Source of the DNA: Verrucomicrobiota bacterium
Lineage (GTDB): Bacteria; Verrucomicrobiota; Lentisphaeria; Lentisphaerales; Lentisphaeraceae
Direction: 5' to 3'
Length of the DNA: 44,089 bases
Assembly (NCBI GenBank): GCA_039798785.1
Contig: JBDKFG010000040.1
Coordinates: 1 to 44,089, forward strand
Positions 9,076 through 19,270 of the stretch are shown here, one piece after another. Below the pieces are notes generated by a model that saw only the letters and a list, made by a program, of their open reading frames with translations, was not told the origin of the DNA and made no database searches. Positions within the stretch are counted from its first letter, which is position 1, and every line of letters starts with the position of its first letter. A program made the position numbers and the translations under genes.

Positions 9076-12000
9076 ATGCGCCTTCTCAAGCTCAATTTCC
9101 AGAATCTCAACTCCCTTGTCGGCACCTGGAGCATCGACTTCGATGCCCCGGCCTACCGCAACGAAGGCATCTTCGCCATCTCAGGCCCGACAGGCGCTGG
9201 GAAATCCACCCTGCTCGACGCCATCTGCCTCGCCCTCTACAAGCAAAGCCCGCGACTGGGACGGGAAATCGGCGAATTGATGAGCCGCGGCACCGCCGAA
9301 TGCTTCGCCGAACTCAGCTTCGAAGTCAAGGGCAGGATCTTCACCGCCCGATTCTCCCAGCACCGCGCCGGCAATCGCCCCGACAAAGAGCTCCAGGGGG
9401 CGAAATGGACCCTCAGCGAAAACGATCGGATCATCGCCGAGAAATCCCAGGTGAAGACCGAGATCGAGGCCATCCTCGGGCTCGATTTCGTCCAGTTCAC
9501 CCGCGCCATCCTCCTCGCCCAGGGCAATTTCGCAGCCTTCCTCAAGGCCGAACCGAAGGAGCAGGCCGAGTTGCTCGAAAAAATGACCGGCACCGAGATC
9601 TATCAGCGGATCGGCGAAGAGATCCACTCCATCGTCGGCGAAAAACGGGCCGCTCTGGATCGCATCGGCGCGCTTATCGGCAACCACAAGAGCATCAGCG
9701 ACGACGAGCTCGACGAGCTCCAGTCTTCGCTGAAGGCCAAAGCCGGACAGATCGCCAGCTTCGAGGCCGAGCTTGAACGAATCCAGCAGCAGATGAACTG
9801 GCTCGACCAGCTCGCCGCGTCGCTTGAGGACTGCACCCGCCTCGAATCCGCCGCCGCCGCCGCCCGCCTGGCGGAAAGGTCATTGCAGGAGGAACTCGCC
9901 CCCCGTCTCCTCCTCGACTCCCGCTCCCACCACCTCGATCTCGCCGCAATGGCCTCCCGCCACCGCCAAGATGCCTGGCGCAAGCTCATTGAAGACAGGG
10001 ATCGCGCGGCCCGGGAGACGCTCGCCGCCCGGAACGCGCTGATCGACGCCCAATCCGCCCTTTTGAAAAGCGAAGAGGAGATTCAGGAGCTCAAAACCAG
10101 AACCGATCGTGAAAGACAGGAGCTGCAGATCCTCCGCGAACTGATCCGCGAAGAAAACCACGTCGCCCAGGAACTCCAAGTCCAGGAAATCAGACACTGC
10201 AAGGCCGAAGAAGCCAGGAAGCTCGCTCGCGACGCCATGGAGGCTGCGGCTTCCGCACACAAAACGCTTGCCGAGGAGGAGGAGACTATCGGCCGCCACC
10301 TCGCCGCCCAGCCCGCGGACGCCTCACTCCCTGATCAGATACCATTGATCGAAAACCATTTCCGGAACTGGCAGGCTGCGGCGGAATCCAGCATGCAGGC
10401 GGAATCCCTCGTCTCTGAAGCCAAGGAAAAAGCGCGAGCAGCCGGCATGGCCCGACGGAAAAGCCAGGAGGAGCTGGAGAAACTCGACAGTCTCCTCCGC
10501 CCTCTGCAGGAGAAATGGGAAAGCGAGGAATCCCTCTGGCAGGGCTTGGTCGCCGAACGCCCGGAAGCTCGGATCCGGGAAGAACTGGAGTCGCTGCGCG
10601 GCCAAATCTCGGGCTTCAAGGAACTGGAAAGTCAAGCTCTGGCTCGCCTTGCCATGGTTCTCGAAGAAGCGCAACTGCAGAGACGGCTGGAGGAACTCGA
10701 TCGGCTCCTCACCGAAATCGAGGTGGCCGCACCACTGCAGAAAAAGCTGATCGACGAAAAAGGCCTCGCGATCGAACGGGAACAGGAACGCAAGATCCTG
10801 CTCGATCGCATCGCCAGCCTCGAAGCCCAGCGCCAGACACTGCGCAGCGGCCAGCCCTGCCCTCTCTGCGGCTCGGAGGAACACCCCTACGCCCTCAAGT
10901 TGCCGCCGAAACCCGCCGAAGATAAAATACGACAACTCAAGACGGAGCACCGGGAGGAAGGCAGAAAACTCGAAACCCTGCACCTCCGCCGCACCGAAGC
11001 CCTCACCGAGGCGAAAATCAATCGGGAAAGACTGGAGCTCCTGGCCCGGAACATCGCCCAGCTCCCCTCTCCCGATCTCGACGCCCTGCGCCGCCAACGC
11101 CTGCGCAGCGAAGAACAAGCCGCCACCCTGCTCGATGAGCTCAAAACCCTGCTCAGCCGCCGCAACGGGCTGGAAGAGCTGCGGCCCAGACTCGCCAAGT
11201 CCAGAGAGGACTTCGCTCTCGCCAAGGAAAAATTCGCCGCCGCCGAACATCAGTCCATAGCCGCGGCCACCAGCCTGCGCCTCGCCGAAATCGCTCAAGA
11301 CGAGCGGACGCTGAGACGTCAAGAGCAGGAAAGGGAGTTGCTCGCAGCTCTCGCCCCCTTCCTTCCTTCAGTCGAAGCCCAGGACCTCGGACCTGCCCTT
11401 CTTGAAAGCCTGTCGCAACGTTCCCGCCGTCGGCAACAGATGGCGAGCCGACAACAAGCTCTCGCCTTGCTGCTTGCCACCAGCTCGGAGCAGCTCTCCC
11501 AAACCCGCGACGCCTTTGAAAAAAACAATGCCGAACTCGCCGAGATCAGCCTCGCCCTCTCCGACACCCGGCTCCGCCTGGAGAGAAGGAGACGGGATCG
11601 ACTCGCGCGCTTCGCCGAAAAGTCTCCCGATGCCGAGGAAATCCACATCTCTCGCCTCCTCGCCGCCGGCGAACTGCGCCATCAGGGAGCCATCCGCAGC
11701 CATGCCGAAGCCGCTGCCATCGCCGAAATCAGCGCCAAATCCGCCGCCGACCTGGCCGCGCTCCATGCCGCCGGCGAAGCGGCCTTCCTCGACGCCGAAG
11801 CCGCTTGGCAGGTGGAACTTCTCGCTGCCGGCTTCGCCGATGAAGAGGCCCGCCTCGCCGCTCAACTCACTCCCGTCCAACGCCAAGCAGCTGAATCCAG
11901 ACTCAAAGAGGCAGGCGGCCATCTCGCCTCTCTCATCAGCCTCCTCGAGACGGCAAAGGAGAAACTAGCGTCCCTCAAGCAGCAGGAATGGCCCGAGCGC

Positions 12001-12909
12001 AGCCGCGACGAGCTGGCTCGAAGCCTCTCCAGTGTCCGCTCTGCCGTCGCCAGCCTGCTCCAGCAGCAAGGCGCCGAAAGCGAAAAGCTCAAGGCCGAAG
12101 AAGCCGCACGTGAGCGTCACGCCCTCCTCCTCGCCCAACTGGCAGAAGCCCAAGCCGATCTCGCCCCCTGGCAAAATCTCAAGGATTGCATCGGCACCAT
12201 CGATGGTCTCAAACGCTTCGCACAAGGACTCACCCTCGAACGTCTCCTCGCCCTCGCCAACCAGCACCTCCTCCTCCTCCGTCCACGCTACCGGCTCACC
12301 CGCGAAAACGAAGTCATCCGCATCCTTGACAGCCATCACGCCGACACCCTCCGCCCGGTCACCAATCTCTCAGGCGGCGAGTCGGTCCTGATCTCCCTCG
12401 CCCTCGCTCTCGGCCTCTCCGACATGGCCAGCCGCAGGATCGATCTCGGCTGCCTCTTCCTCGACGAAGGATTCGGCGCCCTCGACGGCGAATCGCTCCA
12501 GCAAGCTCTCGATGCCCTCTCCCACTTGCAACAGCATAGCGGCAAGCTGATCGGACTGATCTCCCACGTCGACAGCCTGAAAGAGTCACTTCCAGTCCAA
12601 ATCAAGGTCACCCCGCTAGGCCGCGGCCGATCCGTCATCAGCGGCCCTGGTGTCGTCCAGATCGCAGCAGCCGTCGAAAAACCGAGCCGCAGCCGAGCCG
12701 TGCCGCGCCCTCCCGACACTCATGCCAAGGTCATGCGCCTCCTCGGAGAACTCGGAAGCTTGAAAAGCTCCCTGCTCCAAGAACGCCTCGGCCTCAGCCC
12801 CTCGCAAGCGGGAAAAGTCCTCAAGGAGCTGCTCGGCGCCGGAGTGCTCCGCCTTGAGGGCAGGGATTATCTCGCAGCCACGCAAATTGCAACGACGGAG
12901 GACGAATAA
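9076..12909 (+). CDS. sbcC: SbcC/Rad50 SMC-like ATPase with a C-terminal extension
   Basis: Walker A GPTGAGKS, long coiled coil, zinc hook CPLCGS, signature LSGGE, Walker B LFLDEGFG, H-loop ISHV. Confidence 0.95.
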   Translation: MRLLKLNFQNLNSLVGTWSIDFDAPAYRNEGIFAISGPTGAGKSTLLDAICLALYKQSPRLGREIGELMSRGTAECFAELSFEVKGRIFTARFSQHRAGNRPDKELQGAKWTLSENDRIIAEKSQVKTEIEAILGLDFVQFTRAILLAQGNFAAFLKAEPKEQAELLEKMTGTEIYQRIGEEIHSIVGEKRAALDRIGALIGNHKSISDDELDELQSSLKAKAGQIASFEAELERIQQQMNWLDQLAASLEDCTRLESAAAAARLAERSLQEELAPRLLLDSRSHHLDLAAMASRHRQDAWRKLIEDRDRAARETLAARNALIDAQSALLKSEEEIQELKTRTDRERQELQILRELIREENHVAQELQVQEIRHCKAEEARKLARDAMEAAASAHKTLAEEEETIGRHLAAQPADASLPDQIPLIENHFRNWQAAAESSMQAESLVSEAKEKARAAGMARRKSQEELEKLDSLLRPLQEKWESEESLWQGLVAERPEARIREELESLRGQISGFKELESQALARLAMVLEEAQLQRRLEELDRLLTEIEVAAPLQKKLIDEKGLAIEREQERKILLDRIASLEAQRQTLRSGQPCPLCGSEEHPYALKLPPKPAEDKIRQLKTEHREEGRKLETLHLRRTEALTEAKINRERLELLARNIAQLPSPDLDALRRQRLRSEEQAATLLDELKTLLSRRNGLEELRPRLAKSREDFALAKEKFAAAEHQSIAAATSLRLAEIAQDERTLRRQEQERELLAALAPFLPSVEAQDLGPALLESLSQRSRRRQQMASRQQALALLLATSSEQLSQTRDAFEKNNAELAEISLALSDTRLRLERRRRDRLARFAEKSPDAEEIHISRLLAAGELRHQGAIRSHAEAAAIAEISAKSAADLAALHAAGEAAFLDAEAAWQVELLAAGFADEEARLAAQLTPVQRQAAESRLKEAGGHLASLISLLETAKEKLASLKQQEWPERSRDELARSLSSVRSAVASLLQQQGAESEKLKAEEAARERHALLLAQLAEAQADLAPWQNLKDCIGTIDGLKRFAQGLTLERLLALANQHLLLLRPRYRLTRENEVIRILDSHHADTLRPVTNLSGGESVLISLALALGLSDMASRRIDLGCLFLDEGFGALDGESLQQALDALSHLQQHSGKLIGLISHVDSLKESLPVQIKVTPLGRGRSVISGPGVVQIAAAVEKPSRSRAVPRPPDTHAKVMRLLGELGSLKSSLLQERLGLSPSQAGKVLKELLGAGVLRLEGRDYLAATQIATTEDE

Positions 12910-13030
12910 GATTGAACCTCGATTCCCAAGGCCACCCCCTGACTTTCTTGCGACTCTGGACGAGCAAGCGCGGAAGTATCCTTTGTTTGTCAGGAATAAC
13001 GACGACCTGCCCCTGATGCGGTCATTAGGC

Positions 13031-14017
13031 TCATTTCGATCCCGAGATGTATTCGGGAGCTGACTCACTGTTGTTGCGCCCCTCCTTGTTCCAACGGCGG
13101 TGCATCCAGATCCACTGATCGGGAAACTGCCTGAGATGCCGCTCGAAGCAGTCCTGCATCATCTGCGTGGCGAGGGGCACGAACTGATCCTGGGGGAGAT
13201 GGCGAGGCAGCTCGAGTTCGGGTTGGATGATGACGGCATGAGTTCCGTCGGGACGCCGATGAGCGAAGAGCGCAAGCACCGGGATCTTCAACCGGTAGGC
13301 CAGAATCGCAGGCGATGCGTACGTGCTGGCGGGCTTGCCGAAGAGTGTGGCGAATACCCCCTCCTTGCGTGAGGAGCGCTGGTCGATGACGAAAGCGACC
13401 GCATGGCCATCGCGGAAGAGACGGATGATCTGGCTGCCTGACTCCTCCTTGATCATCGAATTGACCCCGTACTGGCCTCGGATTCGCTGATAAAGCTTGG
13501 CGTCGTCGATGTTGCGCATGCGCTTGACGATGACGCTGGTCTTGTGGCCTCGACTCGCAATCGCCGAGAGACACATCTCCCAGTTTCCAGTATGGGCGCT
13601 GACGACGATCACGCCCTTGCCGGCGGCAACAGCCTTTTCGAGATGTTCGAGACCGATGAGCTCGGTTTCAGTTAAAATCGCCTCCTTGCCGAGTCGGGGA
13701 AGGCGCAAGATCTCCAAGACTGTCAGGGCAAAATGACGGTAGACCTGGGGCAGCAGCACCTTCGCCTTCTCTGCGCCCCAGGCCAGGACGAGATTGTCTT
13801 CGACGACGCCGCGTCGGAAGCGGATAAGACACAGAAGATGGCCGCCCACCCAGGAGAGTGACGGCAGGAAAGAACGCGGCACCAGCGAGGCACAGAAAAA
13901 AAGCAGATCGGCGATGAAGAAAGGAAGTCGCAGAATGAAATTTCCTTGAACGGGAGCACTGCAAGTAGGGGATGTCCGCGGCGACCATAGGACCGCAAGA
14001 GCGCCAGTCAAGCACAA
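13031..14017 (-). CDS. Lipid A biosynthesis acyltransferase (LpxL/HtrB family); start uncertain
   Basis: SAHTGNWE, FVIDQ, ATLFGKPA, PDQWIWMHRRW motifs. Confidence 0.85.
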   Translation of the reverse strand: MCLTGALAVLWSPRTSPTCSAPVQGNFILRLPFFIADLLFFCASLVPRSFLPSLSWVGGHLLCLIRFRRGVVEDNLVLAWGAEKAKVLLPQVYRHFALTVLEILRLPRLGKEAILTETELIGLEHLEKAVAAGKGVIVVSAHTGNWEMCLSAIASRGHKTSVIVKRMRNIDDAKLYQRIRGQYGVNSMIKEESGSQIIRLFRDGHAVAFVIDQRSSRKEGVFATLFGKPASTYASPAILAYRLKIPVLALFAHRRPDGTHAVIIQPELELPRHLPQDQFVPLATQMMQDCFERHLRQFPDQWIWMHRRWNKEGRNNSESAPEYISGSK

Positions 14018-14046
14018 AGCGCCGCTGAAAACCAGGAGGATTCAAG

Positions 14047-14246
14047 CTAAAAACCGCTGTTGAGCAACAGAACCGGGTTGAAAGGTTGAAAGGTTGAAAC
14101 GCAAGGCATTGAACAACAAAAGTTCAGCGACTATTTGACGGGGACATGAGAGCTTTTCTATCAGAGGTCATTCCGACGGATCACCGAATAAGCTAAGCTA
14201 TTGCTGTTGCAGCTAATTCTTCCAACCTTTCAACTGCGGTTTTTAG
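14047..14246. repeat. MITE-like inverted-repeat element with an internal (GGTTGAAA)3 tandem
   Basis: CTAAAAACCGCTGTTGA (14047-14063) matches the reverse complement of TCAACTGCGGTTTTTAG (14230-14246) at 16/17; GGTTGAAA x3 at 14076-14099. Confidence 0.65.
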
Positions 14247-14557
14247 GTTCAACCGCGGTTGTTAGGTTCAAAGCTTGAAGGAATCTGCCGCCGGAGCCCA
14301 GCATCGTCAAGAGTGCTTAGATGCCCAAGGCTCAGTTTCGACGAGGAAGAGACATTGATGATCGGCCTCTCGGGTACACCTCGATGGGCGTCACTTTTTA
14401 TTGTAGTCCAATATCTTGTTCCAGCCTTTGAAGCTGCGCGAAATTGCCGTAAGGATCTCCCGGGAATTCCTTGAAAGCGCAGCGGCTCCGGACTACATTG
14501 GGGAGAAACCCTACGTCATTGCACCACCCTAAACGGCTTCTCAAGGAGCGAGTTCAC

Positions 14558-15730
14558 ATGGCCAGCACCACATTCAACTGCCCGCAATGCGGCGCCTTGG
14601 CGATGAAGGGCCAGATGAAATGCGAGAAATGCGATGAGCCGATGTGTGTCGGGCTGCTCCGCAGCACCGGCAACGGCGTGCTTCCGGCGGAATTCCTGAT
14701 CGGCCTCTTCCCTCATGAAACCCTGGCTGGCGGCGGTGCCGCCTGCGAGCTTTCGCTCCCGACGCCCGGCTTGGGATCCGTCCATCTCAAGCTCTACCCC
14801 GGCAAGGACGGCCTGATGGTCGAAGCGGTCGAAGGGATGCGCAGCTTGCTGGCCGGCCACCCCCTGGCTCGCGGCACCCGTCAGCGGGTCGCCGACGGCG
14901 CCCTCCTTAGTATCGGTGACGAGGAGTTCCGTTATCAGCATCTGGTCCTCACCCAGGGGCAGTTCTCGACTCTATCGGACGCCGCCCGCAACCAGCTCCG
15001 CAACGACAAGATCAACGCCATCCACCCGGCACCGGGACTGCTGATGTCGCTGATGGCGGCGCAGAACGAACTGATCGCCTGCCGCAGCCAAAAGGATCTG
15101 CTGAGCACTGTCGTCAGCTGGCTTCTGCCCCTCAGCGGACTTGAGCGAGGCTACGCTTTCCTGGTCGAAACCAACGACGACCAGCTCAACCTCAAGGAAG
15201 TCTGCTCGCTCCGTTCCGGCGGCGGCGATTTCTCCGACAAGCAGTTCAGCATCAGCCGCGGCATCGTCAGCCGCTGTCTCGAGAGCAACGGCTCGGTGAT
15301 CGTCGACGAAGCCGATGAACGCCAGACCACCCACTCGATGCGTGACATGAAGATCCGCTCCGTCATCTGCCTGCCCTTGATGGTCGATGGCGAGCTGATG
15401 GGCATCGTGTACGCCGACAAGATGCTCTCCACCCACCGCATTCCGACCCCTTTGCGCACCACCCTCCAGCAGCTCTGCCGTTTTGCCGCTCTCAACCTTG
15501 AGCGCTGCCGCAACATCGAACAGGTGAAAGACACCTGCAAACAGTACGACAGCTACCTGAAGTCGGTGCAGCTGGAAATCGGCACCATCGGAGAGAACCT
15601 CGAAGTCATCTCCCAGGCCTGCGCCAAGGCCGAGGACAGCCAGGCGCTAGCCAATGTCGCCGCCTACGTCCAGAACGAGGCCGGCAACCTGGAAAGACTC
15701 TCAGGAGCTCTTCGTGCCGCCGGATCCTGA
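14558..15730 (+). CDS. Zinc-ribbon + FHA-like + GAF domain protein
   Basis: N-terminal CPQC/CEKC; FHA-like end (DGALLSIGDEEF); GAF motif (ISRGIV...IRSVICLPL...GIVYAD); AAGGAG RBS. Confidence 0.7.
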   Translation: MASTTFNCPQCGALAMKGQMKCEKCDEPMCVGLLRSTGNGVLPAEFLIGLFPHETLAGGGAACELSLPTPGLGSVHLKLYPGKDGLMVEAVEGMRSLLAGHPLARGTRQRVADGALLSIGDEEFRYQHLVLTQGQFSTLSDAARNQLRNDKINAIHPAPGLLMSLMAAQNELIACRSQKDLLSTVVSWLLPLSGLERGYAFLVETNDDQLNLKEVCSLRSGGGDFSDKQFSISRGIVSRCLESNGSVIVDEADERQTTHSMRDMKIRSVICLPLMVDGELMGIVYADKMLSTHRIPTPLRTTLQQLCRFAALNLERCRNIEQVKDTCKQYDSYLKSVQLEIGTIGENLEVISQACAKAEDSQALANVAAYVQNEAGNLERLSGALRAAGS

Positions 15731-16655
15731 AACCCTCTACCTGCTCAAGTACCATGACAACAGCTGGCCGCTGGTCCGCCTCGAGCTCCGCGCCCGATTC
15801 GGCTTCGACCCGGATGCCGGCAGACGCATGTATCTGCTCAATCGTGAGCCGCAGGACGTCACCCACTCGGCCTGCATCGAAAAAGCGGTGGAGCTGATCG
15901 CCCGCGCTCCCGACATCCCCGCGCTCGGAGCCTTCCTCAGCCGGATCCTGCCGCGAGTCGAGGACGCGATGGTGGAACTCCGCTCGATCGGCCACGAACC
16001 CTCGCCAAGCACACCAGACCTCTACCAGCTACTCCCCTTCATCAAAGGCAGCTTCGAGCTGAAGCATCCGAAGATCCGCTTCCTTCTCACCCGCACCCGC
16101 GACGAATGGCTCTTCGGCCGCATCGTCAGCGAAGCCAGCAAGAAGTGGACCCTCCACAGCCGCAAGCCGAAGACTTTTTCCAGCGCCCTCGAAGCCCAGT
16201 TCGCCCGCTTCTGCCTCAACGCCTTGGCGCCGCACGGCAAGGAACTTCTCGACGCCGGCTGCGGCTCCGGATCGGTCCTGGTCGAAGCCGCCGACATGGG
16301 CTTCCGCGCCACCGGCATCGACCTGCAGGCCTCGGCCATCGGCATGGCCCGCGCCAACCTCGAGCACTTCGGCTACATCGCCGATCTCAAGATCGCCGAC
16401 GTCCGGGAATGGAAACAAAGCACCGAGCTCGCCTTCGTCGACTTCCCTTACGGCTACCGCTGCGCCCGCGACCGCGACGGCGAAATCGCCATGGCCCGAG
16501 CCCTCGCAACCATCACCGGCAAAGCCGCGATCTTCATCTGCGGCGAAGAGATGAGCGCTGACATCCGCGAAGCCGGATGGGACATCCTCGACGCCGCCAC
16601 CATGCCCTTCGTCAACGTGACCCGCCATGTCCTCCTCGCCACTCCCAGACGCTGA
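15714..16655 (+). CDS. Class I SAM-dependent methyltransferase (Trm11/RNA methylase-like)
   Basis: LLDAGCGSGS, GIDL, DFPYG motifs; GTG start at 15714 after AGGAG. Confidence 0.8.
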   Translation: MPPDPETLYLLKYHDNSWPLVRLELRARFGFDPDAGRRMYLLNREPQDVTHSACIEKAVELIARAPDIPALGAFLSRILPRVEDAMVELRSIGHEPSPSTPDLYQLLPFIKGSFELKHPKIRFLLTRTRDEWLFGRIVSEASKKWTLHSRKPKTFSSALEAQFARFCLNALAPHGKELLDAGCGSGSVLVEAADMGFRATGIDLQASAIGMARANLEHFGYIADLKIADVREWKQSTELAFVDFPYGYRCARDRDGEIAMARALATITGKAAIFICGEEMSADIREAGWDILDAATMPFVNVTRHVLLATPRR

Positions 16656-17334
16656 GCCCAGGCTGAGCACCGTGGCCCTGGCCAGGACTCCCTTCCGGGA
16701 GAAGTTCGCCATTCCTCGCCAGGCCGCCCTTCTGCGTCACACGCGGGCCCGCATCGAGTTCCGCGATCTCCATCACGCCCGTGAAGCCCTGCGCGGCCTC
16801 GAGGCATTCACCCACCTCTGGGTGATCTCCTGGATGCACCTCGCCGAAGACCGCGGCCCGAGCGTCCGCCCGCCCCGCCTCGGCGGCAACGCCCGCATCG
16901 GCGTCTGGGCCTGCCGCAGCCCCTTCCGACCCAACCCCATCGGACTCTCCCTCTGCCGCATCCTCCGGGTCGACGCCGCCGCCGGACTTCTCGAAGTCGC
17001 CGGACTCGACCTCGTCGATCGCTCCCCCATTCTCGACCTGAAGCCCTTCATCCCCTACGCCGACAGCGCCCCCGGAGCCGACGGCGCCTGGACCAGCGAC
17101 GGCGCGCCGAAGCCGCTGCAAGTGGGGTTCTCGGCCGCCGCCGAAGCCGTCGTCGCCAATAGTCGAATTCCCGAGCTGCGGGCCAGCCTGGTGGAGATCC
17201 TCGGCCAGGATCCCCGCCCCGCCTATCACGATGACCCGGAACGGATCTACGGCGTCGCCCTCTATGATTGGAACCTCCGCTTCCAGGTCAAGAGCGGCGA
17301 ATTGCAGGTGCTCGAGATGCTCAAGCTCGAGTAG
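16627..17334 (+). CDS. tsaA: tRNA (N6-threonylcarbamoyladenosine37-N6)-methyltransferase TrmO/TsaA
   Basis: TPFREKFAIPRQ, VRPPRLGGN, RSPFRPNPIGLS, PILDLKPFIPYAD, QDPRPAY. Confidence 0.9.
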   Translation: MSSSPLPDAEPRLSTVALARTPFREKFAIPRQAALLRHTRARIEFRDLHHAREALRGLEAFTHLWVISWMHLAEDRGPSVRPPRLGGNARIGVWACRSPFRPNPIGLSLCRILRVDAAAGLLEVAGLDLVDRSPILDLKPFIPYADSAPGADGAWTSDGAPKPLQVGFSAAAEAVVANSRIPELRASLVEILGQDPRPAYHDDPERIYGVALYDWNLRFQVKSGELQVLEMLKLE

Positions 17335-19188
17335 TCAGGGAGCCTGCTGCCGCGCCCACAGCGCCAGGCTGCAGAGGGAGAAGAGCAAGGCGCCGGCGTC
17401 GCAGCGCTGCTCGACATGGTCGCGTAAAAGCCCTTCGAGGGCGCCCTCCCGGCAGCGCTGGCGGAGGAAGGGCGAGTCGAGGAGGAGCTGCCGCGATTCG
17501 CTCAACCAGGGGCCGCGGAACCAGCGCGCCAAAGGAACGCCAAAGCCCATCTTGCTGCGATCGAAGACACTCGCCGGCAGGTCGCGCCGGAAGGCCGCCT
17601 CGAGCAGCAGCTTGCGCCGGCGGCCGCGCTGGCGGAAGGCGAAGGGGATCGACATCGCGAACTCGGCGAGATCGGCGTCGAGGAAAGGGGCGCGCGCCTC
17701 GAGCGAATAGCCCATGCTGGCCCGGTCGACCTTGACCAAGATGTCGTCGAGCATGTAGGCCCGGACGTCGTTTTCGCCCCAGGCGTCGGGGCCGATTTCG
17801 GGACGGGCAAGCGCGCCGATGTGGTGAATCAGGGGGATCTGACGCTCTTGCAGCTCGGGCCTGAGGAGTCCGGCGACAAGAGCGGGTTCGCTGCGGTTGA
17901 GGACGCGGCACCAGCGCTCGCGGCCCTCCAGGTCGAGGAGGCCGGCGACCCGGCGGATTCGGCCGAGGCGGGTGCGCTCCTCGGTCTTCGGCGGCAGGAG
18001 GAATTCCGCGCTTTTGCGGAGGCCGCGACGGAGTCCGCGGGGCACGGCGTCGAAGCGCCCCAGCAGGTTCATCGCGCTGTAACGCTCGTAGCCGCCGAAA
18101 AGCTCGTCGGCGCCATCGCCGGAAAGCGCCACCGTCACCTGCTCACGGGCGAAGCGGCAGAGCAGGCTGGTGGGGATCATCGAGGCGTCGGCGAAGGGTT
18201 CCTCGTAGCGTTCGACGATGGCGGCGAAATCGCCGAAGCTGCCCGGGTCGACTTCGAGGAACTGGTGCTCGGTGCCGAGGTGACGTGCGACTTCGGCGGC
18301 GTATTGGCGCTCGTCGAACTTGGCTTCGGGGAAGCCGATGGAGAAGGTTTTCAGGCCTGGTTTGAGCTTGCTGGCGACGCCGGCGATGATGCTGGAGTCG
18401 ACCCCGCCGGAGAGGAAGCAGCCGAGGGGGACCTCGGCCACGAGGCGCCGCTGCACCGCAAGCTCGACCAGGCGGCGGGTTTCGGCCGCCGCCTCGGCGA
18501 AGTCGCCGGGGAAGTCGCCGCGGATCCGGTACTGCCACCAGGAATCGATCTTCAGCTCACCCTTGTCCCAGACGGCGCGATGCCCTGCCGGCAGCTTCCG
18601 GATCGCCGACCAGGCGCTGCGGGGTGTGGGCAGATATCCCTGGTCGAGATAGATCGCCCAATTCTCCTCGTCGAGGCTGGAATCGACCCAGTCGAGGGCG
18701 AGGAGCGCCTGCGGGCCGGAGGCGAAGGCGAAGCGGCCGTCGCGAACGGTGTAGAACAGGGGTTTTTTGCCGTAGCGGTCGCGGCCGAGGAAGATACGGC
18801 CGCTGTCGAGATGGAGGATGGCGAAGGCGAACATGCCCTTAAGGCGTCCGAGGCAGGCTTCGCCCATTTCTTCGTAGAGATGGAGGATGACTTCCGAGTC
18901 GCTGTGGGTGCGGAACTGGTGACCCTTGGCAAGCAATTCGCGCCGCAGCTCCTCGAAGTCGTAGATCTCGCCGTTGCAGACGATGGCAAGGCTTTCATCT
19001 TCATTGAGAATCGGCTGGCGGCCGCCTTCGAGGTCGATGATGGCGAGGCGGGTGTGGGCCAGGCCAGCCCGGCCACGGCTGATGAAGCCCTCGCCGTCGG
19101 GCCCGCGCAAGCGCATCCGCGACGCCATTTTTTCGAGGGCTTCGAGCACCGGTGAATCTGGGCCGGAGAGGCCGGCGATGCCGCACAT
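17335..19188 (-). CDS. asnB: Asparagine synthase (glutamine-hydrolysing) family amidotransferase
   Basis: MCGIAG Ntn Cys, RLAIIDL, NGEIY, RDRYGKKPL, LSGGVDSS, LSGDGADELFGGY, KMGF. Confidence 0.9.
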   Translation of the reverse strand: MCGIAGLSGPDSPVLEALEKMASRMRLRGPDGEGFISRGRAGLAHTRLAIIDLEGGRQPILNEDESLAIVCNGEIYDFEELRRELLAKGHQFRTHSDSEVILHLYEEMGEACLGRLKGMFAFAILHLDSGRIFLGRDRYGKKPLFYTVRDGRFAFASGPQALLALDWVDSSLDEENWAIYLDQGYLPTPRSAWSAIRKLPAGHRAVWDKGELKIDSWWQYRIRGDFPGDFAEAAAETRRLVELAVQRRLVAEVPLGCFLSGGVDSSIIAGVASKLKPGLKTFSIGFPEAKFDERQYAAEVARHLGTEHQFLEVDPGSFGDFAAIVERYEEPFADASMIPTSLLCRFAREQVTVALSGDGADELFGGYERYSAMNLLGRFDAVPRGLRRGLRKSAEFLLPPKTEERTRLGRIRRVAGLLDLEGRERWCRVLNRSEPALVAGLLRPELQERQIPLIHHIGALARPEIGPDAWGENDVRAYMLDDILVKVDRASMGYSLEARAPFLDADLAEFAMSIPFAFRQRGRRRKLLLEAAFRRDLPASVFDRSKMGFGVPLARWFRGPWLSESRQLLLDSPFLRQRCREGALEGLLRDHVEQRCDAGALLFSLCSLALWARQQAP

Positions 19189-19270
19189 GATATGAGGTCT
19201 CCAGGAAGATTCGTGAGCTTAGCACGCGCTGCGGGAATTTCCGAGCGGCATGACTAAATCAAGCTCAACT

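Noticed and set aside
7820..12909. sbcDC as a Wadjet- or Lamassu-type SMC defence system
   Set aside because: Canonical SbcD plus zinc-hook SbcC pair with host-like composition and no effector or kleisin genes.
12854..13063. Small ORF between sbcC and the acyltransferase
   Set aside because: It overlaps both neighbours and has no clear start, RBS or motif.
17335..19188. AsnB as a lasso peptide cyclase
   Set aside because: The Ntn glutaminase Cys is intact, and no precursor, B protein or peptidase gene is nearby.
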